Source: Dehalococcoidia bacterium (lineage in GTDB: Bacteria > Chloroflexota > Dehalococcoidia > UBA2979). Taken from it: 64,000 bases of DNA. Where the stretch lies: the NCBI GenBank assembly GCA_965219085.1, contig OZ244720.1:352001-416000 (forward strand), given 5' to 3'. Position 1 is the stretch's first letter. Each line of letters begins with the position of its first letter. Below the pieces are notes generated by a model. The model saw only the letters and a program-made list of their open reading frames with translations, was not told the DNA's origin and did no database searches. Shown one piece after another: positions 9,348-20,530 of this stretch. The position numbers and the translations under genes were made by a program.

Positions 9348-12300
9348 TCAGTTGGCCGCGGCCGGTCCCTCGCTCCTGACAACCAGCGGCGTGAGGGCGG
9401 GCAGGCCGTCGGGGAACAGCTCAACGAAGCTCTCGTTCGCGAACTCCGGCGCCCCGGGGAGGTAGGACACCCACTCGCCGCCGACAAGGACATAGACGGC
9501 CGTGACGTGGCGGCTCTCCGCGCAGGCTACGAGATCCTCAACGCTGCCGCCCTCGAAGACGACGAGGCTGAAGCCGGGGGCGATCTCGCCGCGCAGGCAC
9601 TGCGGCCACGGCTGCCCGGCGGCTTCAAGGTCGCCGCCGAAGGGGTCCGCCGAGGGCGGTCCGTTGCTTGCGGCGAGCAGCGGCGTGATGGAGGGCAGGC
9701 CATCGGCGAACAGCTCGCGGAACGGCTCGTTCACGAAGTCAGGCGCGACGAGGAGGTAGGAGACGTAGACGCCCTCGTGCAGGGCGTAGAAGGCCACGAC
9801 GTCCCGGCGCTCCGCGCAGGCGGAGAGGTCGTCGACGCTGCCGCCCGCGAAGACGACGAGGCTGAAGCCCTCGGAGACGGCGCCGCGCAGGCAGTGTGGC
9901 CAGGGATCGCGGGCCGGGTCCCAGCCCGTCTCGGGGAAGCGCACGCGGTAGGTCTTCGTGCGGCTGTCGTCGGCCGAGGTGACGGTGACGGTGATCGCCT
10001 CGACTCCCTCGAGCGCCACCTGGTGGCCGTTCGCCTCGTTGTCGTCGGCGTCGGGCGGCTCGATGACGACGGTGGTGCGGCGCTGCATGGCCTCGGCCTC
10101 GACCGTCGTCGCCGTCACGCCCTCGTCGGCGACGCCGTCGTACTCCTCGCGGCCAGGCAGGAACTCGCCGATGTCGACGCCGCTCACCGTGAGCGACGCC
10201 AGCCGCGCGTCGATGGCGTCGGGCATGTTGTAGCTGTAGACCTTGTCGTCGCTCGCGTCCGCCACGTACATCACGTCACCGTCGGACCGGATGCCGCGCG
10301 GGCTGTTGTTGCTCGCCTTCGACAGCTCCGTGAACTCCTCGTCGCGGACGCGCTCAAGCTCCTTCCCGTCCGCATCGGCGTCCTCCACGTCCGAGTCCTC
10401 CGCTTCCTCCGGGAGGAGGGGCAGCCGGTAGGCGAAGAGGCGCTTGGCGCCGTCGTCGGAGACCCAGATCGTGACGCCGTCCGACCAGAGGCCGCGGGGG
10501 TCGCCGTTGGCGCTGTCGAGGGCGCACTCGGCGAGCAGCTCGCCGCTGGCGAGGTCGTAGGCGAAGAGGGCGTCGTCGCGGCCATCCAGCACCCACATCG
10601 TCTCGCCGTCGGACCAGATGCCGCGTGGGTCGTCGTTGTCGGGGTGCAGTGCGAAGTCCTCTGCGGCCAGGCGCTCGCCTGTGGCGAGGTCGTGGGCGAA
10701 GAGCTTGTCGCGGCCGCTGTCGGAGACCCAGATCACCGTGCCGTCCGACCAGAGGCCGCGCGGCGCGCGGTTGCGCTCGTCGAGCGCGAACTCGCGCTCC
10801 TCGACGCGTTCGCCCGTCTCGAGGTCGTAGGCGTAGACGCCGTCGCCGGCGCCGTCGGGGTTGTTGGCCACCCACAGCGTCTCGCCGTCGGACCAGACGC
10901 CGGTGGCGGCCGCGTTGGCGGCGGCGAGCGCCTCGATGTCGTGCTTCACGGTCCACTCGAAGTCGAGCTCGCTGGGCGAGGGACCGTAGGGCCCGCCGCC
11001 GCCGCCCGTGGGGCCGGGGCCGCCGGTGGGGCCGGCCGTGACGGTGATGGTCACCGCGACGTTCGCCGTGGCTCCGTTTTGGTCTTCGGCAGTGACAGTG
11101 ACCTCGTACGTGTCCTTCGACGCGATCTCGAAAGTGACGCCATCGCCAACCGTGATCTGACCGCTGTACAGATCGATGTCGAAGAAGGGCGCCTCACTCC
11201 CGAAGAGGCTGTACGTGAGCGTGTCACTGTCGTCGGCGTCGGTGGCCGTGACGGGAGCGCCGACCGTATCTCCTTCCCCGGCGCTAGCGGAGACGGAACG
11301 CTCGGCGGTGGCTGCCGGAAACTCGGGCCGGTCGTTCACCGGCCGGACGGTGACATTAACCGTGGCGGCGGCGGAGTAGAGGGCGCCATCGAACACCCGG
11401 TAGGTGAAGCTGTCCGCCCCGTGGTAGTCGGCGTTGGGCGTGTAGGTGATGGCGTTCGTCGCAGCATTGACCTCCGCGACGCCGTTGGCCGGCGGCGTGC
11501 GCACCGAGACGGTCAGGGTGTTGTTGGGATCGTCCTCGTCGGGGTCGTCGTCGTTCGCGATGACGTCGACGGTCAGCTCCATGTCCTCGTCGGTCGTACC
11601 CGAATCGTCCACAGCCTCCGGAGCCTCGTTCACGTCCGTGACGCTGATGCTGACGAAGATGATGGCCGATGCATTGGAGGGATCGGTGGCGGTCACCGTG
11701 ACGAAGTACACGGTTCCCGCCTCGTGATTGAGTGCCGCGCCCCGCGCGACCCGGATCTGGCCATCGTCGTCGATCGTGAAGGGGTCCGCAGCGAGCGCGT
11801 AGGTCAGCGTGTCGTCGTTGGCATCGGTGGCGCTGACCGGGTCGCCGACAGGCGTTCCCTCGGCCGCGTTCTCGGCGATGGAGCGCTCCGCCGTGGAGCC
11901 GGGGAACTCCGGTGGGTAGTTCACCGGGGGCGGCTCCTCGACGCGGTCGTCCGCCCTCTTCTGGATGCGCTTGTCTGGGCCGTGGCCGTCGGTGTAGTCG
12001 ACCGTCACCCGCAGGTAGTGGTTCAGGTCGGCATCGACCGGCGTGTAGCGCTCGCTCGCGCCGCCGCCGATCTCGCTCCAGGTGCAGGGTGGCCGTGAGG
12101 ACGGTCCCCACCAGCGGCTGCTCAGAGGAGAGGCCGAGCGTGCCCGGCTCCTCCTCGTTCGTGACGGTCACCATCACGTCGTGCGTCTCCATGTTCGAGC
12201 CGTCGGAGGCGCGCAGCCTCACCGAGTACTCGTTGTTGCGCCCTACGTCCGTCGGGGACTCGTAGTCCGGCGCCGCCTTGAACGCGAGCCTGCCGTTCGA

Positions 12301-12496
12301 GGAGGTGAACTCGAACCTGTCGCCGTCGCTCCCGCCGAGCGGTTGCCAGGCGATGGTGTCGCCCTCCGGGTCGCTGGCCCGGTACGTCCCGACGAGGAGC
12401 GAACCCTCCTCCTTGATGCCGGGAGTCGCGTCGCCGTTGATGGTGGGCGGCTCGTTGACGGGTCTGACCGTTACGGTGATGTCGATGCTGCCCCTA
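9348..12496 (-). pseudogene. 3' part of giant S8 protease-adhesin: cadherin/Ig-like repeats, WSDG propeller, beta-sandwich, duplicated C-terminal domain
   Basis: Continues the frame of 13679..19235 once IS5 is removed (AEDSAGL-RGSIDITVTVRPVNEP); additional frameshift near 12085; ORF 9348..12008 carries cadherin motifs (PVSATDAND, TDVNEAP). Confidence 0.85.
9360..11025 (-). repeat. Copy A of ~1.65-kb paralogous C-terminal module (inverted relative to copy B)
   Basis: GGPGPTGGGGGP..DFEWTVKHDIEAL..RSEGP nearly co-linear with 24125..25800. Confidence 0.9.
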
Positions 12497-13678
12497 GGGA
12501 TGGTCTGAACAACTCGCCTGAGCGGGTGAGCAGATGCGATCATGGGGCGACCCGGAGAGGGGCGCCCCATGCAGCAGCGTTCGTTCGGCAGCGTCGAGTA
12601 CGAGCACAAGAAGGTCAAGACGAGGCGGCAGGCGTTCCTCGAGCGCATGGACAGGCTCGTCCCCTGGGCTGAGCTGGAGCAGCGCATCGCGCCCGTCTAC
12701 CCGAAGCCGGGCCGCGGGCGCCGCCCCTACCCGCTGCGCGTGATGCTGCGCATCCACTGCCTCCAACTCTGGTTCAACCTCAGCGACCCTGGCATGGAGC
12801 AGGAACTCTACGACTCCCGTTCGATGCTCGAGTTCGCCGGTCTCAGCCTCTCCGAGCCGATTCCCGATGAGACGACGATCCTCAACTTCCGCCATCTGCT
12901 GGAGCGTCATCAGCTGGGAACGGCGCTGTTCGCGACGATCAACGCGCACCTCGCACGGCAGGGGCTGCAGGTGCGCGAGGGCACGATCGTGGACTCCACG
13001 ATCATCAGCGCGCCGTCATCGACGAAGAACCGCGAGCGTGCGCGCGACCCCGAGATGCACCAGACCAGAAAGGGCCGGCAGTGGTACTTCGGGATGAAGC
13101 TGCACACCGGCACGGATGCGCGGACGGGACTGGTCCACAGCGTGAGCACGACGGCGGCGAACGTCTCCGACGTGACCGAGGCGCATCACCTCTTGCACGG
13201 CGGCGAGACGGAGGCGTGGGGCGACGCCGGCTACCAGGGAGTGGAGAAGCGCCCGGAGCACGCGGGGTCGGAGGTGAGCTGGCAGGTGGCGCTGCGTCCG
13301 GGTCTCAGGCGGCAGCTGGCGCCGGGGGGCGCTGAGGCGCAGGCGGAGCGGCGCAAGGCCTCGGTGCGAGCGAAGGTTGAGCATCCGTTTCTCTACGTGA
13401 AGCGGCACTTCGGGTACGCGAAGGTCCGCTACCGGGGTCTTGAGAAGAACCGCGAGCGTCTCACGCTGCTGCTCGGTTTCACGAACCTGTTGCGAGCCGA
13501 GCCTCAGCTCGCGTGATCGCGGGAGCCGTGCGTCCCGAATCGCCCGCCGGAGCGCTTCCGGAGCGACATGGAGGCGAGACCACCCATGGACCGCGGTATC
13601 GGCCCCCGCAGCGCAGCGCAGCGCAGTACGCCGATCGACCCGCACCGCGCCCGATACGCCACCTGTTCAGACCATCCC
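12497..13678 (+). mobile_element. IS5-family insertion sequence
   Basis: Terminal inverted repeats GGGATGGTCTGAACA / TGTTCAGACCATCCC, TA on both flanks (CTAG/CTAA context). Confidence 0.95.
12542..13516 (+). CDS. IS5-family DDE transposase
   Basis: MLRIHCLQLWFNLSD, IPDETTILNFRH, IVDSTII, WYFGMKLH, GDAGYQG, RAKVEHPF. True start may be the second ATG (MQQRSF). Confidence 0.95.
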   Translation: MGRPGEGRPMQQRSFGSVEYEHKKVKTRRQAFLERMDRLVPWAELEQRIAPVYPKPGRGRRPYPLRVMLRIHCLQLWFNLSDPGMEQELYDSRSMLEFAGLSLSEPIPDETTILNFRHLLERHQLGTALFATINAHLARQGLQVREGTIVDSTIISAPSSTKNRERARDPEMHQTRKGRQWYFGMKLHTGTDARTGLVHSVSTTAANVSDVTEAHHLLHGGETEAWGDAGYQGVEKRPEHAGSEVSWQVALRPGLRRQLAPGGAEAQAERRKASVRAKVEHPFLYVKRHFGYAKVRYRGLEKNRERLTLLLGFTNLLRAEPQLA

Positions 13679-16600
13679 TAAGGCCCGCGCTGTCCTCGGC
13701 GCGCACCGTGATGTCGTAGACGTTGTCCCGCCCGGAGTCGGCCGGGTTGTCGGCGTCGGGGATGTTCTTGAACGCAAGCACGCCGGCCTCGCCGAGGTTG
13801 AAGTCGCCCGCGTCGGTTCCCGCCAGCGACCAGGTGTAGGTGAGGCCCGGCTCGTTCTCGGGGTCGCGTGCGCTGAAGGCGGCAAGCGTTCCGTCGTAGT
13901 TCTCGTCGACCGCGATGTCGTCCGCGGGGGTGATCTCCGGCGGTTCGTTGACGTCGCTGACCGTGACGGTCACGTCGAGGCGCCCGCTGAGGCTACCGTC
14001 GGACGCTTCGACGGTGACCTCGTAGTCGTTGTTTCCGTCCGAGTCGGCCCGCGCATCGTAGTCGGGGGGCTGGTCGAAGCTGAGCACGCCGCCGGAGATG
14101 GAGAAGTGACTCCGGTCGTCTCCCGAGAGTGACCACTCGACCGGCGCCTCCTCCGGATCGCTGGCGCGGTAGGTGGCCACGGAGGTCGTTGCGTTCTCCC
14201 GATAGTCCCTGGCCTCCGGCCCCGCGATGGCCGGCGGTTCGTCGAGGTCGGTGACGTGAATCTGCACGGTCGTGACGACCGGGCCGTCGGTGTCCGTGGC
14301 GGTGACGGTCACGCTGTGGCTGCCCTGTTCCTCGTGGTTGAAGGTTGCGCCCGCCTTCGTGCTCAGCTGGCCCGTCGCCTCGTCGAGGTCGAACGAGGCG
14401 GCGTCGGCGCCGCCGAGCGTGTAGCCGACCGCGCCATCGCTCGCCACGGGCGCGACCGGCGGCCCCAGGTCCACGACCCCGGCCGTGTTCTCGACGAGAC
14501 TGCGCGTGGTCTCGACCGACTGGAGCGTGAAGGTGAGGCCGGCGATCCGCTCGGTGGTGAACTTGCCCGTGCCGCGGATGCTCGTGATGACACCGCGCGT
14601 GGTGTCGACGCTGGGTTCGAGCGAGAAGTCGTCGCCCTCCTCGGTGCCGGCATCCCAGGGATAGAGCGGCAGCTCGTGCGAGCGCAGCCAGAGACCGGAG
14701 GCGTTGAGCAGCGGCAGACCGGAGACGCCGACGAACCAGTCGTGGCTGGGCGCGATCATGGTCGTCAGCGTGACCCGCGGGTGCGAGCCGGCGAGTTCGG
14801 CGGTCAGCGTCTTCGCGGTCGTCGGCCCGATGTTGTCGGTGTCGCCAACCAGGACCCCGAGCGCGTTCGCGCCGGCGTTCTGGACCTCGTCTCGCAGGCC
14901 CGTCCAGCCCCCGACCTCCGCCATCGACTCGACACCCGCACTGGCCCTCCCGCCGCTCTCGAGGAAGCTCACGCCGGCGTTGTGGACGCCGCCGATCAGG
15001 CGCGAGAAGTGCGCGCCCGAGGGCAGGCCCGCGGGCGTCACGGCGGTCCTCCAGTCACCCTGGAAGCGGATGCTGTAGGTCGCCGTGGAGGCGAACGGGG
15101 CGGACGGATCGCTTACCGCCGGCGTGAGCGACAGGTCTTCTTTGGTGCGCGTCACCGTGACGCGGTAGGTCCGCGTCGTGGTGCCGTCCTCGGCCGTCAC
15201 CCGTACCCGGATCACGTTCTCCCCGACCGACAGGTCGGCCTGGAAGCCGTTTGCGCTATCGGCGTCGGCGTCGCTGAGTGACATGCCGTTACCGTCGAGG
15301 TACGCGACTGTGGCGTCGCCGTCGCTCCGCGCCGCCTCGACCGTGACCCGCCGCACCGTGTACCCCACGGCCGCCGCGTACTCGGTCGTCTCGCTCGCGA
15401 ACGCGGGCGCCAGCCGCACCCCGGGCAGCTGCAGGCCGCTGAGCGTGGCATCCTCCGAGGGGAGGGTCTGGCCGGTGCCGCTGGCCGACCAGAGGCCCGC
15501 GCCGACCGTGTTCAGCGCCCGCACCTGCACGTCGTAGCCGGCGCCGTCCTCGAGGCCGGTGATGGTTGCGCGGAGGGTGTCGCCGGGGGTCCATGCGACC
15601 GGGGCGGGAGACCACCGGGCGGCGCTCTTGTCCGCGGCGTCGCTGCGGATGTACTGCATGGCATAGGAGCTGATGGCCGCGCCGACGCCGCCGGCGGGCG
15701 CGCTCCACGCGACCGTGAGACTGCGCCGGCCCCCGCTCACCGTCTCGACCGCCGGCGCCCCCGGCACCGTGCGCGGGGTTCCCTCGGATATCGCCGACCA
15801 GTCGCCCGCCCCGACCCGGTTGACCGCCCGCACCTGCACGTCGTAGGAGACGCCGTTGCTCAGTCCCGTGAGCCTGTGTTCGAGCGCGCCTGACGTCCAC
15901 GCGCCGGCGGAGGGAGTCCAGTTGGCGTCCACGGTCTCGTCGGCGCTGGTCGCGATCGAGCGCACGTCGTAGGAGGTGATCGCCGCCCCGCCGTCGTGGG
16001 CCGGCGCTGTCCAGTTCAGCTTGAGCGCGGCGTTGCCGGGTTCGACCTGCGTAATCGCGGGCGCCTCCGGCGCGACCGCCTCGGTCGCCGCCTCCAGGCT
16101 CTCCGACCAGGGACCGGGGCCGGCCTCATTGACCGCCCGCAGCTGCAGTTCGTAGCGCCCGCCCGCGACCAACCCCTCGAGCTGATACGACAACGATAAC
16201 GATCCCGAGGACCAGACGCCGCTCCGCTCCGTCCACCCGCCGCCCTCCGCCTGGCCCGCCGCGTCGCTGCGCCGGTAGCGCAGGTCGTAGGAGCTGACGG
16301 CCGTTGCGCCGGTGTCGGTCGGCGCCTCCCAGACGACGAGGATCGCACGGTCGCGGGCCGCGACCGCGCGCAGCTCGGCGAAGCCCGGGTTGTAGCCGTG
16401 GCCGTAGGCGGTCAGCTTCCAGGAATGGAGTGTTGCGGGACCAACGACTCCCTCGTTGACGATTTCCAGGGTCCATTCGCCGGCCGCGTTCTCGCCCAGG
16501 TGCTTGGCCGAACCGAAGCGCGGCGTCGCCTTCACCCAGGGCTCGATCTCACCTCTGATGGTGAGCGGAAAGACGAGGGTGGATGTCTCCCCGCTGGGAG

Positions 16601-19235
16601 AGGTCAGCTTGATCCGCAGATGCCGGTAGTAGAGGTGGCTGATTTCGAGTTCGACGGCGACGAACTCGACGAAGTCCACATGGGGATCGAGCGTGATGCT
16701 GCTGCTACCGGTCTCGCCGCTGCCAAACACGATCTGCTCGTTGGAGGTCGCGCTGAGTTCGCGCCAGGCGGGCGGGCTGGTCCAGTCGTCGGCCAGCGCC
16801 ATCGCCGCCCCGGCGTCGACCACGCCGAAGCCGTAACTGTGGCTGAACCAGTAACGCTCGTCGGTCGAGCCGTACTTCAGCGCGCCCTCTTCCCAGTGGC
16901 TGTGTCCAGGGTCGTTGCGGCGCGCCGAGCCGGCCAGGATCAGCTTCAGATCGCGCCAGCTCAGCTCGCGATGGGCGGCGCGCAGCAGCGCCGCCACCCC
17001 GGCGACAATCGGCGCCGTGGCCGAGGTCCCGCCGAAGATATGTGTGTAGCGATTGGAGTTGTCAGTCGTGGTGATTCGCGGGAGAAAGCTGAAACCGCCG
17101 GGCGAGGACGGAGCGCAGACCCAGAGGTTGGCGCCCAGCTCCGAGTAGCCCGACCGCGCGTCTAGGTAATCGACGGCGCAGGCCGCCGTGATCCCGTAGT
17201 GATTCGCCTTTGAGTCATAGTTGGCGGTGTCGCCAAAAGCGGAGCCGTTGCCGGCGGCCCAGACGTAGAAAACGCCCTTGCCGCCGTAGCCTTCGTGCAC
17301 CCCGCGCTCGACCGCCATCTCCCAGGGCCTCCCCGCGTAGTGGTACTGGCCATTGTCCTCGAAACCGTAACTGTGGTTCGAGACCGCGACCTCCGCCATC
17401 TGGTGCACCAGCGCGTCGATCCGATCCGCCCCTGTGCCCAGCAGCGCGCGATAGCTGTAGAGCGTCGCTCTGGGCGCGATTCCGCGAACGCCGAGGGCGT
17501 TGTCGCGGGCGCCGATCACGCCGCCCACATACGTGGAATGCCAGTCGGTCCTGCTATCCCAGGGCACCTCCGGCGTGTAGTCGTGACTGCCCTCCAGGCT
17601 GATGTTTGCGCTCAGGTCTTCGTGATCGAGGTCCAGCCCATCGTCGACCACGGCCACGTTGACGCCCGCGCCCTTGTTGGTCGCCCAGATCTCCTCGACA
17701 TTGATGTCCTGCCCCGCTCCACGGCCGTACTGCCCGGTGTTGTTGAGGTACCACTGGCAGCCGTACAGGGGGTCGCTCTGTGAGGAGCCGCGGGACAGGC
17801 AGTCCCGCTCCATTTCTCTCGTCTCCGGATCGAGCTGGGCCGCGAGCGTGTACGCTTCTGTCCGATCGCCGCTCATCGTCACGCGCAGGTGGTAGACGCC
17901 CGCGCCCAGGCGGATCATGCTCGCGACGCTGGATGGGCCCAGTGCATATAAGCCGCAGCCTATCCCCCGCGTGACGCTGATCCCGACGGGGTTCCCGTCC
18001 GCGTCGGACAGCGCCATGTTGAGCCGGAACCGCTCGCGGTCGAATTTGAGGGCGCATAGCGTCACTTCGCCAGGCGTGGGCACGCTGAGGCTGAAGTAGT
18101 CTTCGTCGCCGGCCGGTTCGATCCGGCCGGCTGCCGGCAGGTCGAACCTGAGTGGGGTGGCGGCAGCGATCGAGTCGCCGGGATCGCCCGCCGCCGCCGT
18201 GTAGAGGATGTAGGGCCCCTCCTCTCGGGCAGCGAAGCCCTCGACCCGGATGTAATAGGTACCCGCATCAACTTGTGCGCGAAGGTTGAACCCGAGGTAG
18301 TTCCCGGGCAGCGAGCCGTCGTCTGAATCGGCGATCGGTTCGTCGTCGGCGTCATATAGCCCGCCCACCGTATCGGTCGCGCCGATCGACATCACCCAGA
18401 GGTCGGTGGCTTCGGTCAGCACAATCCTGAATCGGTCGACCCAACCGTTCCGGACCAGGCGAGCAGGCGTCAGCGAGCCCAGCTCGACCCTCTTCGAGGT
18501 GCTGCTGCCCACGGCCTGCACCGCGGCGGCGTGCAGCCGGTAGTCGACCGGCGCTGCGCCCTGTTGGCCGCGAACGATCACGTAGTAGGTTCCGGCGTCA
18601 ACTACCTCGCGCAAAGAGAAGTTGCGCGGATTGGGCGGCAGCTGGCCGTCGCCATTCGAATGCAACACCGTGCCGCCTCGGGTCAGTTCGCCCGCGGTAT
18701 CTGCCTCGCCCGTCGTATAGAGCCACAGATCGGTCTGCTCTTGGAGTACGATCCTGAAGCGATCCTCGTCGCCGCCGGTGTCGATCCGTCCCGGGAGTGA
18801 CCTACCCAGCGCCAGCTTCGTGGCCGTCGCGTCGGTGCCGCCGTGGTCGCTGGTCGACGCCGATGTCGTGGCCGACCACTCGCCGGGACCGACGCTGTTG
18901 ACGGCCCGCAGCCGCACGTCGTAGGCGACCCCGTCCAGCAGCTCCGCGAGCGTGTAGCTGAGTTCGCCATCGCTCCAGACGCGCGTCACGAGTGTCCACT
19001 TGTCATCGGCCTTGTCCGTCGCGGCGCTCTCGATGTAGTGCAGGTCGTAGAACGTGATCGGTGAGTCGCCGTCACTCGCCGGCACGGTCCAGCCGACGCT
19101 GAGCGAGTTCGTCGTGGCCGTCAGCATGATCCCGGTCGGCGCCGCCGGCACGGCCTGGGCGCGCGCCTCATTGGCCGCCACCCAAGCCACCAGCGCGCAG
19201 GCAATGATGACCGCGACCGCGACCCAAGCTCTCAT
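13679..19235 (-). pseudogene. 5' part of giant secreted kexin-like S8 protease-adhesin (FN3, PPC-like, S8, P-domain, FN3 x3, beta-sandwich, Spondin_N, cadherins), interrupted by IS5
   Basis: ATG 19235 (MRAWVAVAVIIACALVAW) overlaps the upstream stop; VAVVDDG / WHSTYVGG / GGTSATAP; MIAPSHDWFVG..YPWDAGT spondin motif; frame reads into IS5 and stops at 13479. Confidence 0.9.
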
Positions 19236-20377
19236 CGCAGCGTGATCTGCGATCGCCAGTTGGGACTGGCGATCAGCACGCCGTCCTGCTCGGCCAGCGC
19301 GTTGGCCAGCTCCAGCGAGGCCCAGCCGGGCTCGGTCGCAACCAGGAAGGCGTTGTCGGCGAAGGCCTGCGCCGTGACGCGGTCCGGCTTGATCGCGTTG
19401 ACCGAAAAGAAGCGGTTGATCCGGGTCTCGTCCCAACCCGGATCGAGCACCAGCAGCACACCGCCGGGCAGCGTCACGAGCGATCCGCCTTCATTTCGGA
19501 AGACCGGCGGCCCGCCCTCGGCGTGCCGCGCGCGGCGCTCGACGATGCTCTCGCGCCCGTCGTCGTGCAGGACCACATCGTCCTTGGCGTTCGCGCTGCT
19601 GCGCTGCAGGACGAGGTGGGGCTGCAGCCGGGCGCGCCTCGTGCGGTCGCCGTCCCGCCAGGTGTAGGGCACGCCCGCGTCAGCGTCCGTCGGCGCCGGC
19701 TTGGAGACGGTTGTCGCGTTCCCGGCCGGATCGGCGGGCGCCTGCCGGGCGCCCCCGCTCGGCGCGCGGGCCCCGCTGGGCGCGGCGGGCCGCTCCGTGC
19801 CTGCGGAGGACGCAGGCGTGCCCGAGGCGTCGGCCTCCGGGGACGGAGTGGTGGCGCTCGCCGTAGCTGGAGCAGGGGTGGTCGCCGCGGCTGGCGTAGG
19901 GGCGGTCGGCGTGGTGGCGGTTGCCGTGGCCGGACTGGTGGCGGTTGCCGCGGCTGGCGTGGTGGCGGTTGCCGCAGCTGGCGTGGTGGCGGTCGCCGTG
20001 GCCGGACTGGTGGCGGTTGCCGCGGCCGGACTGGTGGCGGTCGCCGTGACGGGAGCGGTGGTGGTCGCCGGCTGTGAGCGCGCCCCGACCGCGGCCTGCG
20101 TCGCGATTACGGCGGGGCTGGCGGTCTCCGCGGTCGCGGGGCTGCCCGCATGGGGCTCGCGCACTCCGCCGTCTCCACAGGCGAGGAGGACCGCTGCCCA
20201 CACGGCCAGCAGCACAAGCGCCGACCCGCCGGCCCCCGGGGCAGGCCAGCGCCACGCTGGCGGAAGACGGCGTGGGATCGGCGGCCGACGCCGTGCCGCG
20301 CGCCGTATGCCCACCGCCGGCACAGCGTCACCCGCCTGGCGGACGCCCCCTCCGAGAAGTGCTCGCATCCCGTGCAT
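19232..20377 (-). CDS. Lipoprotein with Thr/Ala/Pro stalk and conserved C-terminal putative S8 propeptide/chaperone-like domain
   Basis: Lipobox VLLA-C, TATATSPA repeats, C-terminal YTWRDGDRT..PVFR..TLPGGVLLVLD..SLELANAL..SPNWRSQITLR. Start codon uncertain. Confidence 0.8.
   Translation of the reverse strand: MHGMRALLGGGVRQAGDAVPAVGIRRAARRRPPIPRRLPPAWRWPAPGAGGSALVLLAVWAAVLLACGDGGVREPHAGSPATAETASPAVIATQAAVGARSQPATTTAPVTATATSPAAATATSPATATATTPAAATATTPAAATATSPATATATTPTAPTPAAATTPAPATASATTPSPEADASGTPASSAGTERPAAPSGARAPSGGARQAPADPAGNATTVSKPAPTDADAGVPYTWRDGDRTRRARLQPHLVLQRSSANAKDDVVLHDDGRESIVERRARHAEGGPPVFRNEGGSLVTLPGGVLLVLDPGWDETRINRFFSVNAIKPDRVTAQAFADNAFLVATEPGWASLELANALAEQDGVLIASPNWRSQITLR
19903..20048 (-). 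repeat. Coding 24-bp tandem repeat, about 6 copies ([T/A]ATAT[S/T]PA)
   Basis: Visible in both translation and DNA (GTGGCGGT[T/C]GCCG units). Confidence 0.85.
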
Positions 20378-20530
20378 CGGCCATAGGGAGCGCGGGGCGC
20401 GGGGAGGGTGTCAATGGGATAAGGGGGCTTGGTCAACAGCGCCGAACACGAGCGTGGAGGCGACCGTCCGTGGCGGCTCCCGCCGCGCTCCGGGCGTCGT
20501 GACGCGCGCGCTCACCGACGGTGCATGCAC

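Noticed and set aside
8674-9465. ORF containing a lipobox-like LGALAGC
   Set aside because: Only a short signal-like stretch with no credible domain after it; at most a remnant.
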